From a virus: a DNA stretch of 64,000 nt. How positions within the stretch are numbered: the first letter of the stretch is position 1; each line of letters starts with the position of its first letter. The notes below the pieces were generated by a model. It did not search any database and was not told the DNA's origin. It saw only the letters and a program-made list of their open reading frames with translations. The position numbers were made by a program, and so were the translations under genes. The stretch covers positions 5,110 through 69,109 of the IMG/VR virus record IMGVR_UViG_3300012189_000001; one strand, given 5' to 3'. Positions 1-8,919 of the stretch are shown in pieces.

Positions 1-693
1 CCCTCTGGGAAATTGAAGAGTGCCCTTCAGAAATGGCTTGACAACGATGACTCAGAACTCAATGAAGTCGAAGCCTATTTAGCCAACGCAGCAGCACCAC
101 GCAATCCGGCAAAAGAAGAAGATGTCGAGAATATCGTCACACGTACACTACAAAAATTCGGCGCGAAATCGACATTGCAAAGTCGCATTGGCGTGATTCA
201 TCCAGAGATGGGGGATACAAACAGCGAACTCTATCATGCAGTATTTGAAAACTATGAAGAGTATGCGAATGATCCCCAGAACAAAATGTTTTTTCCTGAT
301 GATGATCAGTTTCTTGTCCCCGTGCCCGATCCGGCTGGTGGAAAAGCAAAGATGATGGACGCACGCATTGTGCGTCAGCTTGCATCTGAATTGAAAGTAC
401 AAAGTGGCATCACAGAGGGCAGACGGCAAGGGCAAGAATCACGTTCTGCTACTTACGGTGCTGCACAAACAGGGAATGGTCGTACCACATCGACGGCACG
501 AAATCGTAGTGTCGAGGCGCTTGAGTTACTCACGCAAAATGAGCGCAATGAAATAGCCAATTTAAAAAGTTTGAAAGCCTGGCCTAAAGAGTGGCCTACA
601 GACGACAAAGCGGCAGCGAAGATGATTTTTGACAATCTTTCTGCTCCTGAAAAGTCAAGACGCCTGACGGAATATCGTCGGGTAAGGAATTAA
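1..693 (+). CDS. Probable capsid scaffolding/assembly protein, 5'-truncated by the window edge
   Basis: Frame is open from base 1. Charged and helical, with a scaffold-like C-terminus (LLTQNERNEIANL...YRRVRN), upstream of the decoration and capsid genes. Confidence 0.5.
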   Translation, partial: PSGKLKSALQKWLDNDDSELNEVEAYLANAAAPRNPAKEEDVENIVTRTLQKFGAKSTLQSRIGVIHPEMGDTNSELYHAVFENYEEYANDPQNKMFFPDDDQFLVPVPDPAGGKAKMMDARIVRQLASELKVQSGITEGRRQGQESRSATYGAAQTGNGRTTSTARNRSVEALELLTQNERNEIANLKSLKAWPKEWPTDDKAAAKMIFDNLSAPEKSRRLTEYRRVRN

Positions 694-695
694 GT

Positions 696-851
696 ATGTC
701 CAAGGATACATTGACGACTATATGCGGCGCGGCATTGGCTATTCTCCATCAAGTAGGGATCGTCGGGGCTCTTCCTCAGACCAAGACTGACTGGACGAAT
801 ACGGGCGTGAGTGCTATGATGCTGGCACTCGGATACTTCACAAATAAATAA
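696..851 (+). CDS. 51-aa two-helix membrane protein, holin-like (not in ORF track)
   Basis: MSKDTLTTICGAALAILHQVGIVGALPQTKTDWTNTGVSAMMLALGYFTNK. Two hydrophobic segments; starts 2 nt after the previous stop. Confidence 0.55.
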   Translation: MSKDTLTTICGAALAILHQVGIVGALPQTKTDWTNTGVSAMMLALGYFTNK

Positions 852-867
852 TAATTGATGAATTCAT

Positions 868-1200
868 ATGAGTTACTCAGCAGGCTTTGGAAAGGCAAGA
901 TTAAGAAGGTTCCCGAATGCTGCCTACTCACCGTTTGAAACCAAGTACGACTTACGTGCGACCTGTACGGTATGCGGCTTCAAGGGTATTGACGCGGTTG
1001 CTACGCAGGAGCCCGAAATGCAGTCATTTGGTACAGTCATCACTGGATCTGTCTATCAGATTCCTGTGGGTACCCCGGCTGACCAGCTTTCGAGTGCTAT
1101 TGACAAGGATGTCTTTACGCAAGTGGGTGCGTTTGCAGGCTGTCCATTTTGTGGTAGTCCAAACTGGTCATGGGCCAGGGAAAATGGGCTCCAATGGTAA
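868..1200 (+). CDS. Hypothetical protein with a split zinc finger
   Basis: CTVC...CPFC motifs, 110 aa. Confidence 0.6.
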   Translation: MSYSAGFGKARLRRFPNAAYSPFETKYDLRATCTVCGFKGIDAVATQEPEMQSFGTVITGSVYQIPVGTPADQLSSAIDKDVFTQVGAFAGCPFCGSPNWSWARENGLQW

Positions 1201-1220
1201 GTGCGTAGATGCTATTTTGG

Positions 1221-1229
1221 TGGTATAAT
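1221..1229 (+). promoter_or_regulatory. Extended -10 promoter of the HNH gene
   Basis: TGGTATAAT (TGnTATAAT) about 40 nt before ATG 1269. Confidence 0.5.
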
Positions 1230-1268
1230 CTTCTAAGGTGGTTAGTATTTAACTTCTTAGGAGATAAT

Positions 1269-1862
1269 ATGAGAAATCAAAATAGTGAAGCTCAACGTAA
1301 ACGTGCTACAACGCATGGAATGACAAAAACATCGACGTATACAGCTTGGCGTTCTATGAAAAGACGCTGTACCCTTAAAACTGATCATTCTTATACACGG
1401 TATGGCGAACGAGGAATTACTATTTGTGCACGTTGGCTTTTATCTTTCGAGAATTTTTTAGCTGATATGGGTGAAAAGCCTGAAGGTTTTTATTTAGACA
1501 GGATTGATAATAACGGCGGTTATGAATTAGGAAATTGCCGTTGGGTCGATGCAAAAACTTCAACATGGAATCGTGAATGCACGCGTTATGTTGAAGTAGA
1601 AGGTAAGTCAGTACCGATTATGGAAGCGGCACGTTTACTCGGTCTTGGCGAGTTAAGGCTTTACCACTTTATTAACAAGTACGGGGAAGTGGAAGGTATA
1701 GAACGCGCAAAAAATGCTATAGTTAGAAAACATTGGAGCATGACATACAAAGGTATTACACAAAGTGCTTCTCGTTGGGCCGAAGAATATGGAATTGATC
1801 GGGGTACTGTGCGTTATCGTATATCACGTGGATTAAGCCCTGAAGAAGTATTAGGTGTATAG
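1269..1862 (+). CDS. Free-standing HNH homing endonuclease with C-terminal DNA-binding modules
   Basis: THGMTKTSTYTAWRSMKRRC...YGERGITICARW...LDRIDNNGGYELGNCRW. AGGAG RBS before ATG 1269. Confidence 0.85.
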   Translation: MRNQNSEAQRKRATTHGMTKTSTYTAWRSMKRRCTLKTDHSYTRYGERGITICARWLLSFENFLADMGEKPEGFYLDRIDNNGGYELGNCRWVDAKTSTWNRECTRYVEVEGKSVPIMEAARLLGLGELRLYHFINKYGEVEGIERAKNAIVRKHWSMTYKGITQSASRWAEEYGIDRGTVRYRISRGLSPEEVLGV

Positions 1863-1878
1863 TGGTAAGGAAAACTGA

Positions 1879-2070
1879 GTGAAATTAACCACTGACGTTG
1901 ACCATTACGTTAAAAATTATTCTGTTCAATTGTGTTTTCATGAGGATACACTTACTTTCACATTACGAAAATGTGGTATTAATGACATAAATGATGAAAT
2001 GCTTGAAACCTTAGAAGCATTTGCTGCTAAATTTCGTAATTGTAAGAAGGAAGAGAGCGATGCTGTATGA
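1879..2070 (+). CDS. Hypothetical protein
   Basis: AAGGA RBS with GTG start; operon packing. Confidence 0.55.
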   Translation: MKLTTDVDHYVKNYSVQLCFHEDTLTFTLRKCGINDINDEMLETLEAFAAKFRNCKKEESDAV

Positions 2071-2269
2071 CAATGAAGCACATGATGATCGCACACGATA
2101 TGCTTCTTGTTTCAGTGTGCAAGGAGAAGCAGAGGCTAGTGGTACTTTGTATCTGGATGACAAAAAAATTATTCTTACGTTTACTTCTGGTGCCGGAAAA
2201 GTCGAAAATGATTCATTGTCTCATTGCATAAATCTGGTTATACGGGATTTGTTAGCGTGTCTCGAATGA
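2060..2269 (+). CDS. Hypothetical protein
   Basis: ATG 2060 overlaps the upstream gene end; resembles the 2369 ORF. Confidence 0.55.
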   Translation: MLYDNEAHDDRTRYASCFSVQGEAEASGTLYLDDKKIILTFTSGAGKVENDSLSHCINLVIRDLLACLE

Positions 2270-2368
2270 GATTTGATACCGATGGCGGGGTCGTTTATAG
2301 AGTAAGACACCGTATTTATACGAAGAACCGGGCGCAAGTCCCGCATCGCCTCCTCGGTAAGGAGTATT

Positions 2369-2641
2369 GTGGTGAGACAAGATACCGGAATACGCCATAT
2401 GCAAATTGGAACAGCGGCATCGCGTATTGACGGGATTCTTGATGTACGCGAGAGCAAAATTCGGTTGACTATTCGCAATAAGACAATGCCAGATGAGCAG
2501 GTGGAAGAAATAACGCTCACCATCGTCAAAGACTTTTTACGTCAACTGCGGGAACATCGTGATGAAAATCGGCCAAACGATAAAGACAGGCGCTGGGTAC
2601 CTTACGAAGGCATTGCCGCTGCACAAGTGGAGACGGCCTGA
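2369..2641 (+). CDS. Hypothetical protein
   Basis: AAGGAG RBS with GTG start. Confidence 0.6.
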   Translation: MVRQDTGIRHMQIGTAASRIDGILDVRESKIRLTIRNKTMPDEQVEEITLTIVKDFLRQLREHRDENRPNDKDRRWVPYEGIAAAQVETA

Positions 2642-2666
2642 CGGGCTTTCGTCCTTTCTTACAGAT

Positions 2667-2945
2667 ATGATTCAGCTACGAAAAGCCCTTTGTTTGTGCT
2701 CTTCGTGCGAATACAAAATGCCGCGAAAGTGGCAGGAGCGGTATAATTACACCCTCGTTAAAAATTTCCATGCGGATAACACAGGGTGTGACTATTGCCG
2801 TCAAGAGACCTCGACGAACCTTTATGTGTCAACTGAAGGTAAGTATTGTCAAGAGATGTTGCTCACCGAAAAGTCGGTACGTGAAACAAAGGCTCGTGAG
2901 AGGATACAAGCAGAGCGTGATCGCGCTATGCTATTTGTTGGATAA
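2667..2945 (+). CDS. Hypothetical zinc-finger protein (start uncertain, frame open from 2559)
   Basis: LCSSC and GCDYC motifs. Confidence 0.55.
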   Translation: MIQLRKALCLCSSCEYKMPRKWQERYNYTLVKNFHADNTGCDYCRQETSTNLYVSTEGKYCQEMLLTEKSVRETKARERIQAERDRAMLFVG

Positions 2946-2969
2946 TTGCCAGACTAAGGGAGACTAGAT

Positions 2970-3716
2970 ATGGCAAGCGTAGTAGGAAGTTTTTCCGGCG
3001 GAAAAAGTTTTTTGGCGGATTATTTCGCCAGCGCAGCGCTTACGGCTGGCCAGGTTGCAGTGCGCGAAGCAACAGCATCGAACATCGGCGAAGCAACGAA
3101 CCCCTCCAGCACAACTTCGGTAACTGATGTTGTTGGTGTGCTGCTTGATCAGGCTACTTCGAACACCGCGCCGACAAAAGAGCCGGGTTTGCTTCTTGTC
3201 GTAACGACTGGTGGTCTTGAGAATATAGTGCGTGTGGATTCCAATCCGCTGGCTATTTTCCGCTTCATCGTATCGGGTGGGACGGCAGACAACACCGCAT
3301 TGCCGACAGCAGCTCCTGCCAATATTTTGACGAATACTGTGCTGAGTTCCGGTGGTACTGTTATTACGGCATTTGTAGGTACAGTGGATATGTCTGGCGG
3401 GCTTATTAAGGGTCGCACTGGCAACAATGCCGGTTCAATTCGCAAAATGGTAAGCCAGATTGCGAGCACTTCGACAACTGTGGGTATCGCATTTGTCAAC
3501 GCAATTGCTGTGAACGATACGTTCATTCGTGTGCCTTTTAGTCGTGTGGCTGTTGCAATGACATTGACCACGCCTTTTGATCAGGCGAATGGTAATGTGG
3601 CATTTTCTACGTCTACTGCGAAGTTCCGCGTTGTCAATGTGAATATTGACGAGCAGAATAGTATCGTGACTGTGGATGTGATTGCTACACTGCATTTCTA
3701 TAATAAAAATTCTTAG
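2970..3716 (+). CDS. Capsid decoration/cement-like structural protein
   Basis: Ala/Thr/Gly-rich, beta-type, 248 aa, directly upstream of the MCP. GGAG RBS. Confidence 0.6.
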   Translation: MASVVGSFSGGKSFLADYFASAALTAGQVAVREATASNIGEATNPSSTTSVTDVVGVLLDQATSNTAPTKEPGLLLVVTTGGLENIVRVDSNPLAIFRFIVSGGTADNTALPTAAPANILTNTVLSSGGTVITAFVGTVDMSGGLIKGRTGNNAGSIRKMVSQIASTSTTVGIAFVNAIAVNDTFIRVPFSRVAVAMTLTTPFDQANGNVAFSTSTAKFRVVNVNIDEQNSIVTVDVIATLHFYNKNS

Positions 3717-3782
3717 TATAATGATGGGATTTAGGGGTTTATACCCCTTACTCCTTAATTCTTACTAAGTTTTTCGTTGAAA

Positions 3783-3889
3783 AGGAGCGGCAAGGGTTGG
3801 CCGACCCTGTTGGAGTTCATCGCCCAACAGCCGCTTCTGTTTATAGTGATGAATCGTAGATGAACGATACAGATGGACATCACTATAAA
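3783..3889 (+). ncRNA. Structured RNA leader of the capsid gene (three-way junction plus long hairpin)
   Basis: P1 3783-3791/3830-3838, P2 3793-3808, P3 3808-3829. Perfect 12-bp stem 3840-3851/3878-3889. Confidence 0.6.
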
Positions 3890-3906
3890 TAAAAGGATTT
3901 TGCAAC

Positions 3907-4824
3907 ATGGCAATTTTAGATCTTGCTAGTTTTCAGACATTAGTCGATAGACGTTATCGTGAAATAAAGGATTTTGAGCTTGCGTCTGTCACTGATCAAC
4001 TTCCCTTGTGGTTTGGGATGGAGACTTCAGATACGTTCGAAGAGCGCCGCTCGACTATCGGCGAACTTCCGATATGGGATACCTTCGGCGGTAATCTCCA
4101 GTACACACGTTTTTTCGAGCAGTACAATGCAGTGGCAACGCACATTGAGTTTACGCAGGGACTGCGTTGGACCCGTCGTATGATGGATGACGATCTCACG
4201 GGAATTATGCGTGGGGACCGTTATCGTAAGATGGTGCGTTCTGGTGTTATTACTCGCCAGATTCACGGCGCTCGTCTTTGGAACTTCGCGGCCTCGAATG
4301 ACTCCTTCTTCTATAATCGTTCTGAAGGCGTTCCTCTTGCCTCGGCAGCACACACTACTCGGGCAGACGGTGTGTCAACGGCAACCGGCTTCAACAACAT
4401 CACGGTATCCGATTTAGCTCCTACCTCGTATCGCGCTCTGCGTCAACAGATGCGGCGTTTTGCGAATGATCGCGGGTTCATCATCAATGTTATTCCTGAT
4501 TGCCTCGTTGTGCCAATTGAACTTGAGCAACGGGCTATGGAAATTCAGGACTCTCCCGGCGATGCAGACACCGCTCGTCGTTCCAGCAACCCGGAAGCCA
4601 GCACGGCGTCTATCGAAGTCCCTCTGTATTGGACGTCAACTACCAACTGGGCACTGTGCAATAAAGCATTGATGCATGAGAATCTGATTTGGTTTGACCA
4701 CACAACCCCAGATTTCAACAGCGTCGTGGATTTTGAAACTTTCCAGCTCAAGGCAAGTGGTTATATGCGCTATTCTTGGCTCGCGTTGGACTGGCGGTGG
4801 TTAAGTTACGGCAACGTTTCGTAA
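3907..4824 (+). CDS. Major capsid protein (HK97 fold, Mu gpT-like family)
   Basis: 305 aa with FTQGLRWTRRMMDDD, EGVPLASAAH, IINVIPDCLVVPIELE and GYMRYSWLALDWR, a pattern typical of gpT-like capsids. Confidence 0.85.
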   Translation: MAILDLASFQTLVDRRYREIKDFELASVTDQLPLWFGMETSDTFEERRSTIGELPIWDTFGGNLQYTRFFEQYNAVATHIEFTQGLRWTRRMMDDDLTGIMRGDRYRKMVRSGVITRQIHGARLWNFAASNDSFFYNRSEGVPLASAAHTTRADGVSTATGFNNITVSDLAPTSYRALRQQMRRFANDRGFIINVIPDCLVVPIELEQRAMEIQDSPGDADTARRSSNPEASTASIEVPLYWTSTTNWALCNKALMHENLIWFDHTTPDFNSVVDFETFQLKASGYMRYSWLALDWRWLSYGNVS

Positions 4825-5382
4825 TCCAATTAACTTAGTTGGGTTACTTAGCGTAAGAAGTAAGGGTTGTACGGGAACTAATGGCCCTTTGTCATGTTTA
4901 CTCGCATTGCAACTACGACACGCAGGTACGATATTATGAAGAGTATGTGATCCGCCTTGAGATATCGCGGTAATATGATCCATTTCCAGGCGGATGCACT
5001 CTTTATCGCAGTACGCGCAGCGGTTTTCAAAAGCGATTTTCATTTCTTGCCATTGAGCAGAACTAAAATCGTTTATAGGTGCCCTAGCTTTACGGGCGCG
5101 GCGCGCAATAGTATAGGGTACCTGTTTTTGAGCAAGTTCTTTTCGATGTTGTTCTCTGTAACGACGATTTCGTTCTCGCGCTTCTTTGAGATGAGTTTTA
5201 CGCCATTTATTCATGTCCTGGCGTTTTTGTTCTTTCATTACTTCTTTGTTTGCTGCATATTTAGCGGCATTGAAAACTTGATTGTAGCAAGCATGTGTGC
5301 AATATTGTTTGACGCGGCCACCGCCGCCTTTACGTGGTGTGTATTCGAATGGCGTACCGCAATTAACGCAGAGTTTTTCCAT
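4801..5382 (-). CDS. HNH endonuclease (CxxC/McrA-type) convergent with the MCP
   Basis: CAYCD...MDHITAISQGGSHTLHNIVPACRSCNASK and an N-terminal CVNC...YCTHAC zinc finger. AGGAGG RBS. Confidence 0.9.
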   Translation of the reverse strand: MEKLCVNCGTPFEYTPRKGGGGRVKQYCTHACYNQVFNAAKYAANKEVMKEQKRQDMNKWRKTHLKEARERNRRYREQHRKELAQKQVPYTIARRARKARAPINDFSSAQWQEMKIAFENRCAYCDKECIRLEMDHITAISQGGSHTLHNIVPACRSCNASKHDKGPLVPVQPLLLTLSNPTKLIGLRNVAVT

Positions 5383-5507
5383 GAGATACCTCCTACTTAG
5401 GTTATGTGGATTGTCGGGCTTCCTACAGAAGTAGGCTGCGGGAATTTAGAGTGATCAGCTCAACCCGACATTGTTGAATTGTACCATGGGTGTTATATTT
5501 TTGGCAA
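5383..5507 (-). promoter_or_regulatory. Sigma70-type promoter and three-way-junction 5' leader of the HNH gene
   Basis: Minus strand TTGCCA-18-(TGg)TACAAT at 5507-5478. Leader stems TGTCGGG/CCCGACA, GAG-CTGATCA-CTC and CCTAC-TTCT-GTAGG. Confidence 0.6.
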
Positions 5508-5517
5508 AGGAGTAAAT

Positions 5518-5916
5518 ATGGCAAAGACCATTGTGGTTGATATTACCTATGATGGTGTACTGAATCAGCCCTGCTCATCGGCATTTGCAAGCGCATATAC
5601 TCGCTTGTATAACCAGATTAGTGGTGATGCAACGCTATCGGCTGGTCGTGTTATCATGGCACTTGCTGGCGATAAATTCGCAGACAAATTTGGTAGTGAG
5701 TCTACTGTTACACGAAGTGACAGTACTCACGACATGTATCGCGTCTTGATCACCTTTGCACAGGCAGTAGGCACACCATGTGATGCAGATATTGTCACAG
5801 CTTATAATGCGTTGCAAGCAATGATTGCAGGTGACAGCGTACTTTCTTTAGGTCATTATATTACTTCATTGTACGATACTGCGTTGTATGGTGGTGAATC
5901 TGGTGGTGACGAATAA
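5518..5916 (+). CDS. Hypothetical virion-module protein
   Basis: AAGGAG RBS with ATG 5518. Confidence 0.65.
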   Translation: MAKTIVVDITYDGVLNQPCSSAFASAYTRLYNQISGDATLSAGRVIMALAGDKFADKFGSESTVTRSDSTHDMYRVLITFAQAVGTPCDADIVTAYNALQAMIAGDSVLSLGHYITSLYDTALYGGESGGDE

Positions 5917-5929
5917 AAAGGAGTAAACT

Positions 5930-6133
5930 ATGTGGAAGACACATAAAGTTGAGCAGTATAAGGGTCTTTATGGCGATCCAGGTTCGATAAAGAGTAAAAA
6001 TCCTGGTGTGCCATTTGATTACCTCCCTGCCCCCGGCGCAAAGCCAGCAGGAAAAATGACGGGTGGAGGCACTGGCGTGAAGAGTCACAAGACACGCCAG
6101 GATCATGGCAACAAAAAGATGAAGGTTAGCTGA
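5930..6133 (+). CDS. Small Lys/Gly-rich basic protein
   Basis: AGGAG RBS; 67 aa, Lys-rich. Confidence 0.65.
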   Translation: MWKTHKVEQYKGLYGDPGSIKSKNPGVPFDYLPAPGAKPAGKMTGGGTGVKSHKTRQDHGNKKMKVS

Positions 6134-7164
6134 TGACGACCTTGACAGAACATGATCTTTCAGTCGGAGAACTTGCGAAAAAGGCATACTTTAATGTTGA
6201 TCAAAGGAAAGAGCTAGAACTGTCCATTGATACAACGCAAACGATGCTTAATGAGACTCGCGCTGGTCGTGTCCAAGGCGAGGTTGAGGCAATGGAAAAG
6301 CATCTGTTGCGTGAACGACAGATGCTAGCTACGGGTACGCCTCCGCAACTTGATACGCAGACAAAAAACAAGGTTTTTCGAAAGGTCCAAGAGCTAGAAA
6401 CCAAGTTTACACATGCGCTTCCGACGTATGAGCAGATGCAAATCCCCAGTCCAAATCATATTGACTGGCACGTGGCGTGGGAACGCCAACACCAGCAGGA
6501 TGTATTGGCGTGGAAAACAGGTTTGCTGATGCTCGATCCAGACAATAGCGAGCCTAATTTTCGCAATATTGCGCGTCTTCGTGGCAATAAGATAGCGGGG
6601 ACTGATCCTCGCAAATACTGGCAAGGTTTCGAGGCGATTAAGTTCGCGCAAACAGAGCAGCAAATCCTCGAAGATATGATTGCGACAATGGATGATGCTG
6701 CTTACATGAGTTTTTTGCAGTTAAAAAGTGCAAATTGGTCAAAGAAGAACATTCTTCGAAAGCTTGACTGGTCTGAGCCGATGTACGAGGCTGCCGAGTC
6801 GCGGTACGAGCAAGCGATTCGTAAGTTATCTGAAGATGAGGACTCTCCTACGCCTCGGGCCGCGATTTTACCAGAGCTCGATGTCGAAGAGGTCGAGGAA
6901 ACAGAAGTAGTCGAAGAGGTAGAAAAAGGTTGGCCAATTCCTCTGATTAAGAGTTATGGACTGAGTGTCAATAAGTTTGTCGGGTTGGCAAAAATCAATC
7001 CAGGTCGTTTTTATAACCTCACGAAAACTCAAAAATGGCCTGTTGACGTGAAGAAGAAGATTGAAAAGACATTGCAATCATTGCAAAAACACCAGGAAGA
7101 GACGGAGCCTGTTGCTGTAACAGAGCCCGTAATTGACATTGTTGCGGAGCCTGTCAAAGCATAG
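6133..7164 (+). CDS. Hypothetical protein with an acidic linker and C-terminal HTH-like domain
   Basis: 343 aa, coupled to the upstream gene (TGATG). YGLSVNKFVGLAKINPGRFYNL is HTH-like. Confidence 0.65.
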   Translation: MTTLTEHDLSVGELAKKAYFNVDQRKELELSIDTTQTMLNETRAGRVQGEVEAMEKHLLRERQMLATGTPPQLDTQTKNKVFRKVQELETKFTHALPTYEQMQIPSPNHIDWHVAWERQHQQDVLAWKTGLLMLDPDNSEPNFRNIARLRGNKIAGTDPRKYWQGFEAIKFAQTEQQILEDMIATMDDAAYMSFLQLKSANWSKKNILRKLDWSEPMYEAAESRYEQAIRKLSEDEDSPTPRAAILPELDVEEVEETEVVEEVEKGWPIPLIKSYGLSVNKFVGLAKINPGRFYNLTKTQKWPVDVKKKIEKTLQSLQKHQEETEPVAVTEPVIDIVAEPVKA

Positions 7165-7191
7165 AGCCCGCACACCTGAGAGGAAATTCAG

Positions 7192-8868
7192 ATGCCTTTA
7201 GCCGGTTATCCAAGTCTTCTGGCAGGGTTTGGCCCGCCATTTTTGAACGTGTCTCCCCAAGTTACCACTGGGAAGATGTTCTTTGTATCATCTGTGGTTG
7301 GTAAGGCGAACAATGTTGGCGATGATCCGCTTCGCCCTCTTGCTACCTTGACTCAGGCTCTTGCTAAAGCCCGTGCAAATAAGGGTGACTATATCATCTT
7401 AATGCCCAGTCACGCAGAAACGGTGACGGCTATTGGCGGCATTACCGTGAGTACGGCGGGTGTTACGGTTATCGGCATGGGTGTTGGTGCGCAGCGTCCT
7501 ACCTTCACGTTCAGTACTGTTGCAGGCGCTTCGTTGCTTGTCAATGCCGTCGATTTTAAGATGTATAACGTTGTAGGCGTATGCGGTGTGGCCCTCCTGA
7601 CCCAGCCGTTTGATATCGAAGCGAGTGGATGTTATCTGGATGTTGAATGGCAAGATCCTTCCTCAGCGCTTCAGTCGGTGTCGCCTTTCGGTATAGCTCT
7701 CACGTCGGCAGTGAGTAACGTCTACTTGCGAGCGCGTATTCTCGGCCAAACCTCTGGTGGCACCGCTCCTGTGCAGGGTGTGGTCATTGGTGGTACGGCT
7801 GTCACACTTACGACGGGTGTTATTGATCTTGATTTTTACGGTCGCGCTTCGACAGCGGTTGTCAACTTTGTTTCGCAGGCGGCTATTGATATTCGTGTTA
7901 TCGGCACGATCTACAACAGCGGTGTAACGGACGGCTCGAAGAATGTTGTGGATACGGTAACGGGCTCTACCTGGTTTGCTTCAGTCAATGATGCAGCGGC
8001 TGGACAGGTGTGGTCTGGCGGTAGCGGCGCAGCGGCTGGTCTCGGCAGCACCTCTCTTCTTGTGCCTACGGCTAACTCGACCGCCGACTTGTTGGAACGC
8101 GATGTTATCGGTAATAAGACTGACACAACCGTTGATGTTGTCGGGACTACGAAGTCCCTTCTGGCATATGCAAAGGGTTCTATTGCCAATCTGAGCGGTG
8201 CAGCAGGTGTTGCGACCTATCCTACGGCGGCTGCATACACCAACGGTGTATCGATTGCGGCTGTTCTTGGCTACGTTCAGGATGGTGTGCGTCGTGGTTC
8301 CGGTACCATTATGCCTGCGAATACATCGGTATGGGATGTGCTGGGTTCGGGTACTGGCACATTCACGTTTCCGGCTGCGGCAACCCCTGCAAACAACGTG
8401 AGTATCGCTCAGGTTGTGCGCGAATTGTTTAACCAGACTGACCAGGCGGTCAATACTACTGCTGGTGGTGTGGCAATTTCGCTGGCAACCGTCAGTATTT
8501 TTACCATCGCGGGCGGTCCTATTGAAGTGCTTGGTCTCTACTGGATTTGGCAGACAGCGGCTCAAGCAGTAGCGACAACGTTGCAGTTTAATGTGAATGC
8601 AACATCCGGTGGCGCAACAACTGTCTCTGGGGCATCCGCTTCACAGTCTGGTGTTGCGGCTGGTACCTCAGGTATGTGTGTTGGAACTTTTGTTACCGCA
8701 CCAACAATCACCACTGGTGGCACAGTCGCTACTGGCACTGTAAAGTTCATGGTACCAGCAGGGTCTATTCAGTATATTGCTGGTACGAGCGCGAATACGG
8801 GCTTGGTGACATGGTATTTGCGGTATCGCCCACTAGCTCGCGGTGTAACCGTTGTAGCGGCCATCTAA
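7192..8868 (+). CDS. Virion fibre/spike-like structural protein (beta-helix-like N-terminal region)
   Basis: FFVSS...GDDPLRPLATLTQALAKARANKGDYIILMPSHAE is typical of phage pectin-lyase-like fibres. Ala/Thr/Gly-rich, 558 aa. Confidence 0.65.
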   Translation: MPLAGYPSLLAGFGPPFLNVSPQVTTGKMFFVSSVVGKANNVGDDPLRPLATLTQALAKARANKGDYIILMPSHAETVTAIGGITVSTAGVTVIGMGVGAQRPTFTFSTVAGASLLVNAVDFKMYNVVGVCGVALLTQPFDIEASGCYLDVEWQDPSSALQSVSPFGIALTSAVSNVYLRARILGQTSGGTAPVQGVVIGGTAVTLTTGVIDLDFYGRASTAVVNFVSQAAIDIRVIGTIYNSGVTDGSKNVVDTVTGSTWFASVNDAAAGQVWSGGSGAAAGLGSTSLLVPTANSTADLLERDVIGNKTDTTVDVVGTTKSLLAYAKGSIANLSGAAGVATYPTAAAYTNGVSIAAVLGYVQDGVRRGSGTIMPANTSVWDVLGSGTGTFTFPAAATPANNVSIAQVVRELFNQTDQAVNTTAGGVAISLATVSIFTIAGGPIEVLGLYWIWQTAAQAVATTLQFNVNATSGGATTVSGASASQSGVAAGTSGMCVGTFVTAPTITTGGTVATGTVKFMVPAGSIQYIAGTSANTGLVTWYLRYRPLARGVTVVAAI

Positions 8869-8876
8869 GTGACGTC

Positions 8877-8903
8877 GGGGCACCTTAAGGTGCCCCTGCT
8901 TTT
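8877..8903 (+). terminator. Rho-independent terminator
   Basis: GGGGCACC-TTAA-GGTGCCCC stem followed by TGCTTTT. Confidence 0.7.
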
Positions 8904-8919
8904 CAGGGAGGATACGAAA

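Noticed and set aside
2266-2430. Extra ORF overlapping the 2369 gene, or a programmed frameshift
   Set aside because: ATGA-coupled but overlaps the next gene by about 60 nt; no slippery site or motif, so support is insufficient.
3783-3838. tRNA gene
   Set aside because: Only three stems, about 56 nt, with no T-loop GTTCRA, D-loop or CCA arrangement.
4801-5382. HNH genes as group I intron ORFs
   Set aside because: Flanking genes are intact and uninterrupted; all four HNH genes appear free-standing.
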